From assembly GCA_049320885.1 (NCBI GenBank), contig JBMORA010000001.1:50612-114611 (forward strand): 64,000 bases of DNA, read 5' to 3'. Source of the stretch: Thermodesulfobacteriota bacterium. GTDB taxonomy: Bacteria; Desulfobacterota; Desulfobacteria; Desulfobacterales; SURF-7. The translations under genes and the position numbers were made by a program. The notes under the pieces are model-generated. The model was not told the DNA's origin, searched no databases, and saw nothing but the letters and a program-made list of their open reading frames with translations. Positions 47,843 through 57,786 of this stretch are shown piece by piece. The first letter of the stretch is position 1. The number at the start of each line of letters is the position of its first letter.

Positions 47843-47908
47843 ACCCCAATATAAGACGTGGTTTTCGAGGGTCAAGCACCGTAGGGTCAGAAAAGCGGGT
47901 GGGCCGCT

Positions 47909-48001
47909 TGATAGTTGATGGTGAATGGTTGATGGTTGAAAAAATAATAATTGATCTCAATCCTCCATTCGTAATTCGTAATTCCTAATTCGTAATTCTT
48001 A
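47909..48001. repeat. Two heptamer tandem arrays
   Basis: TGATGGT-like x4 (47909-47936) and ATTCGTA-like x5 (47967-48001). Confidence 0.8.
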
Positions 48002-48604
48002 TCAACCTTTTCTTCCAATAAGGAACATCCCGTAAGTGGCCCGCAGATTGGGCAGGAACGCGATCACATGCCCATGCCGGTCATGGTGATCGGTATTGAT
48101 GGCCACCTCCCGCAGGATGCGACAGGGCAGTTCCCGGGCGAAGCGCCTGAAATCCTTGATGGTGATCACCCGGATATTGGGAGTATCGTACCACTCATAG
48201 GGCAGCTGCCGGGATATGGGAGCTATTCCCCGCCCCAGGAGTTGCAGGCGGATGCGCCAATGGCTGAAATTGGGGAAACTGACGATGCCGAATTTCCCGA
48301 TGCGCAACAGCGACCGGATCAGTTTGTCCGGGGCATACACCTGCTGCAGGGTCTGGCTTAAAATGACATAATCAAAGGCGTCGTCCGGGTAGTCCTCAAT
48401 TTCCCGGTTGATATCCCCCTGCAACACCGTCAGCCCCTTTTCGATGCACCGGGCGACCTTGGCCTCCACTTTTTCTATGCCGGTTCCCCGCGCCTGTTTC
48501 CGGTTTTTCAGATACAACAGCAGTTCGCCTTCGCCGCAGCCCAAATCCAGCACCGTGGCGCCCGGCCGGATCCAGGAGCTGATGATCCGAAGGTCGAAAC
48601 GCAC
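48002..48604 (-). CDS. metW: Methionine biosynthesis protein MetW
   Basis: RFDL..I...VLDLGCG.G, FDYVILSQTLQ, IVSFPNF, LPYEWYDTPNIR; GTG start after TAAGGAG. Confidence 0.93.
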   Translation of the reverse strand: MRFDLRIISSWIRPGATVLDLGCGEGELLLYLKNRKQARGTGIEKVEAKVARCIEKGLTVLQGDINREIEDYPDDAFDYVILSQTLQQVYAPDKLIRSLLRIGKFGIVSFPNFSHWRIRLQLLGRGIAPISRQLPYEWYDTPNIRVITIKDFRRFARELPCRILREVAINTDHHDRHGHVIAFLPNLRATYGMFLIGRKG

Positions 48605-48611
48605 GGGCTCC

Positions 48612-49787
48612 TTATATGGCGGAAGATTCGTTTTCAACACGTTCCAGAAACCCCCTGATCAAGGCGCTGAGTCTTTCGTTGGGCAGCAGGAAGGCGTCAT
48701 GACCGCAATCCGCCTCGATTTCACAGAAACTGACATCCAGGCCGTTCTTCTTCATGGCCTGGATCATGGCCTTGGATTGATAGGTGGGATACAGCCAGTC
48801 CGACGTAAACGAGACCACCAGAAACTTGGCCCGGGCCCGGGAAAAGGCCTTGACCGCCGAGCCTTCCCCGTGTTGCCGCTCGATATCGAAATAATCGGCG
48901 GCCTTGGTGATATAGAGGAAGGAATTGGCGTCGAAGCGTTCCACGAATTTCGTCCCCTGATATCGCAGGTAGCTCTCGACCTGGAAATCACCGCTGAAAT
49001 CGAAGGAAAAATCCGTCTTGTCCTGCAACCTGCGGCCGAACTTCTGGCGCATGGCCTCATCCGACAGATAAGTGATATGGCCGATCATCCGGGCCACGGC
49101 GAGCCCCACGCCGGGTATCAGCCCGCCGTAGTAATCGCCCCTGTTCCAATTCGGATCCGCCATGATGGATTGGCGGGCGACCTCGTTGAAGGCGATGGCC
49201 AGGGCCGAATGCCGCATGGTGGTGGCCAGCGGGATGGCGGATCGCACCATGTGCGGATACCGCAGACTCCATTCCAGCACCTGCATCCCCCCCATGGAAC
49301 CGCCCACCACCGCAAGAAGACTGGTGACGCCCAGATGATCCATCAGGGCCTTCTGGGCCGTGACCATGTCGCCGATGGTGACCACCGGAAATTCGAAACC
49401 GTAGGGCCGCCCGGTTTCCGGATGGGGGCTGCAAGGGCCGGTGGAACCCCGGCAGCTGCCGATGATATTGCTGCACACCACGAAATAGCGGTCCGTGTCG
49501 ATGCCTTTTCCGGGCCCCACCATGATATCCCACCATCCCGGCTTGGCGTCGCCTTCCCGGTGATAGCCGGCCACATGGGCATCGCCGGTGAGGGCATGCA
49601 GGACCAGCACCACATTGCTTTTGTCCGCGTTCATTTGGCCGCAGGTTTCATAAGCCAGGGTGACCGGCCCCAACCGGCGGCCGCTTTCCAGCCGCAGGTC
49701 GTCCGGGGGCGCCGCGAAGGTGAAGGATCGCTGGGGGACGATCCCCACCGAAACCCCCGCTACGTCATGCTGGATATATTCGCTCAT
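48612..49787 (-). CDS. metX: Homoserine O-acetyltransferase
   Basis: HALTGDAH, GWWD.MVGPG, GGSMGG, ERFDAN, SDWLYP, GHDAFL; adjacent to metW. Confidence 0.95.
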   Translation of the reverse strand: MSEYIQHDVAGVSVGIVPQRSFTFAAPPDDLRLESGRRLGPVTLAYETCGQMNADKSNVVLVLHALTGDAHVAGYHREGDAKPGWWDIMVGPGKGIDTDRYFVVCSNIIGSCRGSTGPCSPHPETGRPYGFEFPVVTIGDMVTAQKALMDHLGVTSLLAVVGGSMGGMQVLEWSLRYPHMVRSAIPLATTMRHSALAIAFNEVARQSIMADPNWNRGDYYGGLIPGVGLAVARMIGHITYLSDEAMRQKFGRRLQDKTDFSFDFSGDFQVESYLRYQGTKFVERFDANSFLYITKAADYFDIERQHGEGSAVKAFSRARAKFLVVSFTSDWLYPTYQSKAMIQAMKKNGLDVSFCEIEADCGHDAFLLPNERLSALIRGFLERVENESSAI

Positions 49788-49799
49788 TTATGCCCACCG

Positions 49800-49860
49800 A
49801 AAAAAAAGCTGCTCCGTCAACGGCGCGGCGTTGATACCGCCGACCATGACCGGAGCAGCT
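49800..49860 (-). terminator. Long terminator-like hairpin between the porin gene and metX
   Basis: Minus strand AGCTGCTCCG...CGGAGCAGCT followed by a T run, ending about 12 nt before the metX ATG. Confidence 0.55.
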
Positions 49861-49893
49861 CGATGAGTAAAAATTTCCTGTCCTTCCGATACG

Positions 49894-51582
49894 CTAGAAG
49901 CTGTAAGTGATTTTGGCTGCGCCCAGCAGCCAGTTGCTGTCATAGCGTTCCGAGCCGTCCAGGGGGTAGGCATCCGTCGGCGCAGGATTGTCCGCGCCCA
50001 GCAGGGATGCTGCGCCGCGCATCACATGACCTTCGAGCTTGAGCACCCAGTTCTCGTTGATGTCGAACCGCAGGGTCATGCAGGTGTCCTTTAAATAGCC
50101 GCGGTGAAGCTCGCTGTCCAGCTTCTTGACGTCCCGGCGTTTGTAACCTTCCTTGTCATCCACATCCGGATAGTATTCCGAGTAATAGGCGCCCAGCTCG
50201 AACCAGTAGGTGAAGCGGTAGGTGGCGCTGCCGTACCAGCCGGCCGCCGTGAAGGTGTTGATGGTCATGGTATCGCCGGAAAAAGTCGCCGAACGGGGAT
50301 CCGCCAGGCCGGCCAGCATGCCGGCGACGGCCGGATTGGCGAACAGATCGCTTTTGAAATTGAGTTTATAGCGGGTTTCCATGTATTCACCGGCCAGGAC
50401 CAGGTTGCGGAAGGTATATTCCGCCGAATAGGTCAAGGATTTGGATTCCGCCCCGAAGGTGACCGGATAACTGGGAAGTCCGACTCCCAGCTGGTTCATG
50501 GAATCCGAACTTTTGGCGCTGTTGAAATCGGCCATCATGCTGTCGAGGTTTTGCTGGGTGGGCAGTTGCCCCTGTTGCAGGCCGGCGCCGATGGCTCCCA
50601 GTTTGGTGGACCCGTTCATGGTGGAAATGGTCTGCATGGCCTGGGTATCCAGCTTCGCCTGGGTAACGGCTTCGAAATAATACCCCCAGGCGGTAACGCC
50701 GACAACCATGCCTTCCAAAGGCGTATTCCACATCCCCTGACCGGTATAGGCGTAATCGACATCGATATCCTCCACGTCCACGGTCATAATATCGATTATC
50801 GGATCCCGGGCGGCGCCGCTCAGCTTGTTGACCTGATCCCGGGCGACAGCTGTATCATAATCGCTCAGCAGGTTATTGGCGTCCAAAGCGGTCAGCGTGT
50901 TATTCAAGGCGGTATTCAATCCGGTGATGGTCGTGCCTGCTGCGGCTGCACTTCTTTCCAACAAAGGCGTAATGTCCCGCGATTTCAAGGGCCACTGGTC
51001 TTCCGCCAGTTTGGCGGCGCCGCCGTCCTTGGGCATGCTGACGGTGCCGTACTGGCCGCTGTAGCTGAAGCTGCCCGCCGCCTTGAGAGGCAGTTCGCCG
51101 TAGAGACCGGCTCCCTGGATCAGCGCGGTGGATTCCCGCCAGGACTCATTATAAACCGACTGGGGCAGGAAGATGCTGGTGCGCAGCATGTCCACGTCGC
51201 GGGTCTCATTGTAGAGCCCGTTGACGAATTTCAGGTTGCCGATCCGCAGCCCCAACCAGTCCCGCCAGCGATAGTCCGCCACGGCCCAGTCCAGGATGAC
51301 GTCGTTGTTGCCGATATTCCCCAAATCCCGGGCGAACAGCTGCAGACCGATGCGGAGTTTCTCGGTTACGTCCGTGGAAAAGTTGATGGCGGCCTCATTG
51401 AATTGAGTCGTGCCTTTTTCCGTATCGGCGAAGAAGTTGTTTTCATCGCTTTTCAGATAGCCCTGGGAGATGAAGCCGTGAATATCCACGCCCCCCATTT
51501 CGTCGAATTCCATCGCCTGGGTACTGCCCGCACAGAGAATACCCAGCAGAACTGAAAACAGGACAACCAGTGTTCTTTTCAT
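49894..51582 (-). CDS. Outer-membrane beta-barrel (porin-like) protein with large insertions
   Basis: Signal peptide from ATG 51582 (GGGAGG RBS); IHGFISQG, LDWA..DY, GLYNETRDVD, LRFDIN.NWVLKLE; C-terminal beta-signal ITYSF. Confidence 0.75.
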   Translation of the reverse strand: MKRTLVVLFSVLLGILCAGSTQAMEFDEMGGVDIHGFISQGYLKSDENNFFADTEKGTTQFNEAAINFSTDVTEKLRIGLQLFARDLGNIGNNDVILDWAVADYRWRDWLGLRIGNLKFVNGLYNETRDVDMLRTSIFLPQSVYNESWRESTALIQGAGLYGELPLKAAGSFSYSGQYGTVSMPKDGGAAKLAEDQWPLKSRDITPLLERSAAAAGTTITGLNTALNNTLTALDANNLLSDYDTAVARDQVNKLSGAARDPIIDIMTVDVEDIDVDYAYTGQGMWNTPLEGMVVGVTAWGYYFEAVTQAKLDTQAMQTISTMNGSTKLGAIGAGLQQGQLPTQQNLDSMMADFNSAKSSDSMNQLGVGLPSYPVTFGAESKSLTYSAEYTFRNLVLAGEYMETRYKLNFKSDLFANPAVAGMLAGLADPRSATFSGDTMTINTFTAAGWYGSATYRFTYWFELGAYYSEYYPDVDDKEGYKRRDVKKLDSELHRGYLKDTCMTLRFDINENWVLKLEGHVMRGAASLLGADNPAPTDAYPLDGSERYDSNWLLGAAKITYSF

Positions 51583-51709
51583 TATCGCCTCCCTATTGTT
51601 ATCCTTCAAATAGACTGGAAGGAAATCGCCCGATGTCGTATTGCGCCGTTTTGTTCTCGCTCCTTGTATCCGCTTCATTGTTGTGCATATCATGATAGGC
51701 GCCCTCTTA

Positions 51710-52153
51710 TCAATTGCCATTAATCTTCATCACTTTAACATTTCCGGTTTTGCCGACGGAATCCGTGGAAATGTACCCTATGGCGCCGTCCGTGCCGGCC
51801 ACATATTCGATCAGGCCCTCTTCATTTTTGAAGGTCCGCGGCTTCCGTCCTTTTCCGGTAAAAATCTGCTTTTTCCAGAATCGGCTGTACTGAGCAGGCG
51901 TCCGTTTGACATAGTTCTGCAAGAACTCCTTGTGGGTTTCTCCCTCGTCCTGGATCACAAAGGTTATCTGCTCGTTCTGCCAGGTTGTTTTATTCCCGAT
52001 GAAAATATCCTTGATGTCTTCCCTTGATATTGAATCTCCGGGTAAATTGCTGTTTGCAATGATGAGAACCTCGCCGACAGATGCACTGGGGTATGTAAAG
52101 TATATCCCAATGATAACCGCCATGATTAACCCGATTGTTAACCTTCGATTCAT
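51710..52153 (-). CDS. Small single-lobe periplasmic binding protein (PstS/PBP2-like)
   Basis: Signal anchor; LIIAN..DIFIG.KT.W...FW.KQIFTGKG..P...YVA.T.GAIGYI; AAGGAG RBS. Confidence 0.75.
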   Translation of the reverse strand: MNRRLTIGLIMAVIIGIYFTYPSASVGEVLIIANSNLPGDSISREDIKDIFIGNKTTWQNEQITFVIQDEGETHKEFLQNYVKRTPAQYSRFWKKQIFTGKGRKPRTFKNEEGLIEYVAGTDGAIGYISTDSVGKTGNVKVMKINGN

Positions 52154-52726
52154 ACCTCTTCTCCTTATTCATTATGAGTTAAAGACATTCACCTCCCGGA
52201 TCGATTGTGCCGAAAATATTCTTCACCGGCATCCGCGGCGAAGGGGCCGGAAGAACCGGGCCTCCATTGGAACGAGCCGCATCCATGTCGTCGATGTTGG
52301 TTTCCTAAATATTCCGCAGGGCAGGCTGAAACCGCGCAAATGCGCGTCCCTTAAGCTGATAGTACTGAAAGCTCCCTACCACAACATGAAGTGGATGTAA
52401 ATACAAAAAACACATAATCCAGTATAGTTGACAAAACACCTTTCATCCACTCCCTTCCAGCGGCCGGTTACCTGGAATACCGGTATGTTATCCAGGCGGA
52501 ATCGGCAAATCCGCGCCATTACCGCCTTTCGGTCATCGCCCCTTCCATTTTACTTGCCATACGATGGAGAGTGTGGTATTGAGGCGGAGGATTAGTGTTA
52601 TAAATTAGATATTTATATTTTTGGCCTTTCCGCCTCCGAAAAACCGGCGTCTTTTTTCCGGGTTCAGGATTCAAGCGCCATGCGCCGTCCGGCATAGAAC
52701 GGCACCAAATGTAAGAGGTAAACCGA

Positions 52727-55700
52727 ATGCGAAAAAGCATTTTTCTTCTAGTGGTGATTCTTTCCGCGATCTTCCTTTCAGCCGGCGGACCGGTCTGGGG
52801 AGCGCCCGCCCGGAAAATTTCGGAAGCCAAACAATGGTTGGTCAAGGGCTTGTCCTACGGGAAAAAGGGGGATTACGAAAAGGCCGTCGATAGTTTCAAT
52901 AAAGCCATTGAACTGAATCCCCGCATGGACAGCGCCTACCTGAACCGGGGGATCGCCTGGAGCAAACAGAAACAATACGAAAAGGCCATCGAGGATTTCG
53001 ATAAAGCCATTGAACTGAATCCGCGAAACACCAAAGCCGGGTACTACAAAACCCTGACCATGGAAGAATTCGGCACGGCTGCCGGTGGAAAAGCCGCCTC
53101 CCCTGTTGAGACCGCCAATGACTTGTACGCAAAGGGAATGGAAAAAAAGCGGAAGGGAGAATTTGAAAAAGCCATCGCCGACTTCAGGGCCGCCATTGAA
53201 ACCGACCCGAACTTCGGTCCGGCCTATACCCAAAGGGGTCTTGCCTGGGACAAACTCGAAAATTTCGACCAGGCTCTAGCCGATTACGACAAGGCCCTGG
53301 AACTCGCTCCAAAATCGCCTGAGAATTACGTCTACCGCGGCATTGTCTGGGACAAGAAAGGCGATTACGATCAGGCTGTCGCCGATTACAGCCGGGCCCT
53401 GGAAATCCAGCCCGACAATCCGAAAACCTATACCTATCGCGGATTCGCCTATGACAAAAAAGGCGATATCGACCTGGCCATTGCGGATTACAATCAAGCC
53501 CTCAAACTGGATCCCCAATTCGCGGAAGCCTTCAATTACCGCGGTCTGGCGCTGTACAAACAAGGCCGCATCGACCTGGCCATCGCCGATTATACGCGCG
53601 CCATCGAAATCAACCCCCGTTTTGCCGAGGCCTATAATTTCCGGGGCATCGCCTGGGGTAAGCAGGGAAATCTGCAGCGAGCCGTGGAGGATTTCAACAA
53701 GGCCCTCGAGATCAATCCGGAATATGCGGCCGAAAAGCAGAAACAACAGGCCCTCACGACAACCGCGACAGTGGCGACGGACGAGCAGATCGGCAGCCGG
53801 CCGGCTGAGCAACTCAGAGCGGAAGACTGGCTGAATATCGGCATCGCCCGGATGAAAAACGGCGGCATTGATCAGGCCATCGGTGACTTCACCAAAGCCA
53901 TCGAAATGATGCCCGGCTTCACGGCAGCCCTGCTCCAGCGGGGAATCGCCTGGAATGCGAAAGGGGAATATGACAAGGCCCTGTCGGACCTGGACAAGGT
54001 GCTGACGGTGGACCCGGGACATCATGAGGCGCTGAAGCAGAAAGGCCTCGCCTGGAACCGGAAGGGAGATCCGGATAAGGCCATCGCGATCTACAATCAG
54101 GCCCTCCAGACCACCCCCCGGTCGGCGGAATTGTATACCCTGCGGGGAATCGCCTGGGACCAGAAAGGGAATCTCGATCAAGCCCTTGCCGATTTCACCC
54201 AGGCGTTGGCATTCGACCCGAATCACGCCGAAGCCTACAAGCAGCGCGGCGTCATCTGGGGTAAAAAGGGCGATCTTCCCAAAGCCATTGCCGATTATAA
54301 CAAATCCATGGCGCTTGCTGCCGACGGCAGCCGGAAACCGGCGGCTTCGACAACGGCGGCTTCGACAACGGCGGCTTCGACAACGGCGGCGGCTTCAACG
54401 GCGGCGGCTTCCCGGAAAGAAGTCGTGGCAGCCCCGGTGGGTATGGATGAGGATGCGACCATCTCCGCCAGCGACCATTTCAACATTGCCATCACCTGGG
54501 GCAAAAAAGGCGATTATGACCGCGCCATTGAAGAATTCTCCAACGCCATCAAGGTCAACCCCCGCTTTGCCAAGGCCTATTTCAACCGGGGTCTGGCCTG
54601 GAACAATAAAAACAACTATGAACAGGCCATAGCGGATTTCAACAGGGCCGTGGAACTGAACCCCCGGTACGCCAAGGCCTTCGCCCAGAGGGGAGCCGCC
54701 TGGGACCGGGTTGGGGATTTCGACCAGGCCATCAACGATTTCAACAAGGCCCTGGAAATCAACCCGCGGTATACGGAAGTGTATTTATACAGAGGCATCA
54801 CCTGGTCAAAAAAAGGGGATATCGATCAGGCGCTCGATGATTTTGAAAAAGTCCTTTCCCTAAATCCCCGCGACGCGGAAGTCTATAACCGGCGTGGAAT
54901 TTTATGGACAAAAAGAGGCGAAAAAGAGCGGGCCTTGACCGATTTCAACATGGCCATCGAACTCGATCCCAAATTCGCGGATGCCTACTTCAACCGTGGG
55001 CTGGTCTTGCTGAACTCCGGCAACCACCGCCAGGCCATAGCCGATTTTAACAAGTCCCTCGGGCTGTCGCCGAATCAACCCCAGGCCTATCTGCAACGAG
55101 GATTCGCCTGGGTCAGGGAAAGCAACTATGATCAGGCGATCCAGGATTTCACGCGGGCCATCGAACTGTCACCCCGGGAGGCGGAGCCCTATCTCCAACG
55201 AAGCATGGCCTGGATGCAAAAGAAAAACATGACCAAGGCGTTGAAGGATTTGGACATGACCCTCAAACTCAACCCGGATTACCCGGACGCCTATGCCCAT
55301 CGCGGGAATATCTGGCTTGAGAGGGGGGAGGCCGACAATGCCCTGCGCGATCTCAATCGCGCCATTGAGCTGAAACCTGATTCCGCCGAAGCCTATTGCA
55401 ACAGGGGGATTGCCTGGAGCAAAAAAGGCGACAATGAAAAGGCGATGAATGATTTCAACCGGGCCATCCAGCTCAATCCCGAATTCGCCGCGGCTTATTA
55501 CCAGCGCGGTATGTTGTCCAATAACGCCGGGCATTACTACCAGGCCATCGCCGACTATAACAAGGCCCTGAAAATCAACCCGCGCTTCGCCAAGGCCTAC
55601 AATCAACGCGGGATCGCCTGGAACAATAAGGACAATATGGACCAGGCCATTTCGGATTACAACAAGTCCCTGGAATTGGAACCGGACTACGGAGCGGCCT

Positions 55701-56467
55701 ATTTCAACCGCGGTCTTGCCTACGGCAAGAAAAACGACTTCGACAAAGCCCTCGCCGATTTTTCGAGCGCCTTGAAATGCTTCCCCAATCACGCCATGTC
55801 CTATGTCCAGCGCGGTATCATCTGGGGCAAGAAAAATGACCCCAACAAGGCCATTGAGGACTTTAACAAGGCCCTGCTGGCCGACCCGCTCTTCAGCGAG
55901 GCTTACCTCCACCGCGGTCTTGCCTATGCCTCGAAAAACGAATACGGAGCCGCCATCAAGGACTTTTCCGAAGCCATCGAAATCGACCCGAATTTCGCGG
56001 AGGCCTATTATCATCGAGGGATTGCCTGGGACCACATGGGCCAATTGGATAAGGCCGTCGCCGACAACAAGAAAGCCCGGTCCATCAATCCCAAATTCGA
56101 TGACATCTCCTATGACCAGGGGGAACTGGGCGACCAGCAGAAAGAAATGGCCGCGAAAGTCAACATCAACCCCGATGCCAAAAATTTTCTGGATCAGGGC
56201 ATGGCGTGGGATAAAAAAGGCGATTACGACAAGGCCATCGAAGTCTATACAAAAGCCCTGGAAATCAGTCCGAATTACGCCTCCGCTTATTTTTATAAAG
56301 GCATTGCCTGGTATAACAAAGGAGACATGAACCAGGCGCTTGCGGATCTCAAAAAGGCCTTGAGCCTTGATCCCGAAAACAATACGTATCAGAAAATCAT
56401 TGCCACCATTGATTCAAAGATGAAACGAAAGACCACCGAAGGGGAAGCCGGTCAGGGCGGTGTATAG
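52727..56467 (+). CDS. Large secreted all-TPR protein (about 30 repeats)
   Basis: Signal peptide; serial 34-aa AYxNRGIAW...YDxAIxDFxKAxExxP repeats; no catalytic domain seen. Confidence 0.92.
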   Translation: MRKSIFLLVVILSAIFLSAGGPVWGAPARKISEAKQWLVKGLSYGKKGDYEKAVDSFNKAIELNPRMDSAYLNRGIAWSKQKQYEKAIEDFDKAIELNPRNTKAGYYKTLTMEEFGTAAGGKAASPVETANDLYAKGMEKKRKGEFEKAIADFRAAIETDPNFGPAYTQRGLAWDKLENFDQALADYDKALELAPKSPENYVYRGIVWDKKGDYDQAVADYSRALEIQPDNPKTYTYRGFAYDKKGDIDLAIADYNQALKLDPQFAEAFNYRGLALYKQGRIDLAIADYTRAIEINPRFAEAYNFRGIAWGKQGNLQRAVEDFNKALEINPEYAAEKQKQQALTTTATVATDEQIGSRPAEQLRAEDWLNIGIARMKNGGIDQAIGDFTKAIEMMPGFTAALLQRGIAWNAKGEYDKALSDLDKVLTVDPGHHEALKQKGLAWNRKGDPDKAIAIYNQALQTTPRSAELYTLRGIAWDQKGNLDQALADFTQALAFDPNHAEAYKQRGVIWGKKGDLPKAIADYNKSMALAADGSRKPAASTTAASTTAASTTAAASTAAASRKEVVAAPVGMDEDATISASDHFNIAITWGKKGDYDRAIEEFSNAIKVNPRFAKAYFNRGLAWNNKNNYEQAIADFNRAVELNPRYAKAFAQRGAAWDRVGDFDQAINDFNKALEINPRYTEVYLYRGITWSKKGDIDQALDDFEKVLSLNPRDAEVYNRRGILWTKRGEKERALTDFNMAIELDPKFADAYFNRGLVLLNSGNHRQAIADFNKSLGLSPNQPQAYLQRGFAWVRESNYDQAIQDFTRAIELSPREAEPYLQRSMAWMQKKNMTKALKDLDMTLKLNPDYPDAYAHRGNIWLERGEADNALRDLNRAIELKPDSAEAYCNRGIAWSKKGDNEKAMNDFNRAIQLNPEFAAAYYQRGMLSNNAGHYYQAIADYNKALKINPRFAKAYNQRGIAWNNKDNMDQAISDYNKSLELEPDYGAAYFNRGLAYGKKNDFDKALADFSSALKCFPNHAMSYVQRGIIWGKKNDPNKAIEDFNKALLADPLFSEAYLHRGLAYASKNEYGAAIKDFSEAIEIDPNFAEAYYHRGIAWDHMGQLDKAVADNKKARSINPKFDDISYDQGELGDQQKEMAAKVNINPDAKNFLDQGMAWDKKGDYDKAIEVYTKALEISPNYASAYFYKGIAWYNKGDMNQALADLKKALSLDPENNTYQKIIATIDSKMKRKTTEGEAGQGGV
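54341..54412 (+). repeat. In-frame 15-bp tandem repeat (AASTT linker)
   Basis: GCGGCTTCGACAACG x3 perfect, plus two degenerate copies. Confidence 0.9.
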
Positions 56468-56487
56468 GAGTTTCCGGCACTTGCCCC

Positions 56488-57786
56488 CTATCGGGAGAGC
56501 AGCACCAGACTGATATCCGGCAGATAAGTCACCAGGGCCAGCACGACAAACATCAGCACCAGATAGGGCCAGGTTGCGCGGTAAATCATACCGACGGGCT
56601 TTTCAAACCGCAGGCTTGCAATGAACAGGTTCATTCCCACCGGAGGAGTGGAATACCCGATTTCCAGATTGACCAGAAAAATAATGCAGAGTTGAATGGG
56701 GTCCACCCCGTACGTTCTTGCGATGGGCGCAATGATGGGAACGATGATGATGATGGCCGAAAAAATATCCATGATGCAGCCGACCACCAGCAGAAACAGA
56801 TTCAACCCCGCGAGAAACAGGTAGCGGTTGTCCGTCAGACGGGTCAACAGGGTAAGGAGCCGATCGGGGATTTGCTCGTCGATCAGGAATCCGGTGAAGC
56901 CCAGCGCAATTCCCAAAATCACGATAATCGCACCGGACAACACAACGCTTTCGATGACGATGGCCGGCAGCCGGCTGAAAAACTTCACTTCCCGCTTCAG
57001 GAAACAAGCCACCAGGATCACGTAAATGACGACGATGGCCGCGACTTCCGCTATGGTGACATAGCCTCCATATACGCCGACAATGATAATGATCAGGATC
57101 GGCCAGTCCCAGGAGGCCTCCCATAACCGCCGGATCAGTTCTCTCCCGGAAAAGCCGGCGGTCATCTGCCGAGGTTCGGCGCCTCCGTGCAGGAAATAGT
57201 GATGCAGAATGATATAAGCCGCCACCAGCCCGACGGACAGGATGCCGGGAAGCAGCGCCGCCTTGAAAATGTCCTGGATGGGGACCTGGGCCACGACGCC
57301 ATACAGAATGATCGGCAGACTCGGCGGAAAGAGCAACCCCAGACTGCCGGAAGTCGTCAGCAGGCCGAGTGAAAACGTCTCCGGATTACGATTCTGCAAC
57401 AGGATCGGGTACAGAATCCCGCCCAAGGCCACGATGGTGACGCCGCTGGCCCCGGTCAGAGCGCCGAAGAAGACGCAGGCTCCCACCGCGGCCATGGCCA
57501 TGCCGCCCGGCAGCCATCCAAAGGCGGCCTGCATGCAGTTCATGATTCTTTTCGGGCTCTGGGTCTCGGTCAACAGGCAGCCGACAAAGGTGAAAAGAGG
57601 TAAGGCGACCAGAACCGGCACCGTGGCCAGACGGTTCAGCTCGATGAGGATCATCTGCAGGGACAGCCAGTCATGCTCGACAAAATACAGGCAAACGATG
57701 GACAGGGCGGCAATGACGGTAAACAGGGGGGTTTCGATGAAGAGAAAAAAAAGGATGATGACAATCAGGAGGAGCGTTGTATTCAT
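56488..57786 (-). CDS. dctM: TRAP transporter large permease
   Basis: LVALPLF, GSLGLLFPPSLPIILYG, NLEIGYSTPPVGMNLF. Confidence 0.93.
   Translation of the reverse strand: MNTTLLLIVIILFFLFIETPLFTVIAALSIVCLYFVEHDWLSLQMILIELNRLATVPVLVALPLFTFVGCLLTETQSPKRIMNCMQAAFGWLPGGMAMAAVGACVFFGALTGASGVTIVALGGILYPILLQNRNPETFSLGLLTTSGSLGLLFPPSLPIILYGVVAQVPIQDIFKAALLPGILSVGLVAAYIILHHYFLHGGAEPRQMTAGFSGRELIRRLWEASWDWPILIIIIVGVYGGYVTIAEVAAIVVIYVILVACFLKREVKFFSRLPAIVIESVVLSGAIIVILGIALGFTGFLIDEQIPDRLLTLLTRLTDNRYLFLAGLNLFLLVVGCIMDIFSAIIIIVPIIAPIARTYGVDPIQLCIIFLVNLEIGYSTPPVGMNLFIASLRFEKPVGMIYRATWPYLVLMFVVLALVTYLPDISLVLLSR

Noticed and set aside
52200..52450. c-di-GMP riboswitch upstream of the binding protein/porin pair
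   Set aside because: Could not find the GGCAAAC...GAAA...GACGCAAAGC core on either strand
52727..56467. CRISPR-like periodic DNA repeats
   Set aside because: Periodicity comes from degenerate 102-nt TPR codons; no identical repeats with spacers and no cas genes in the window
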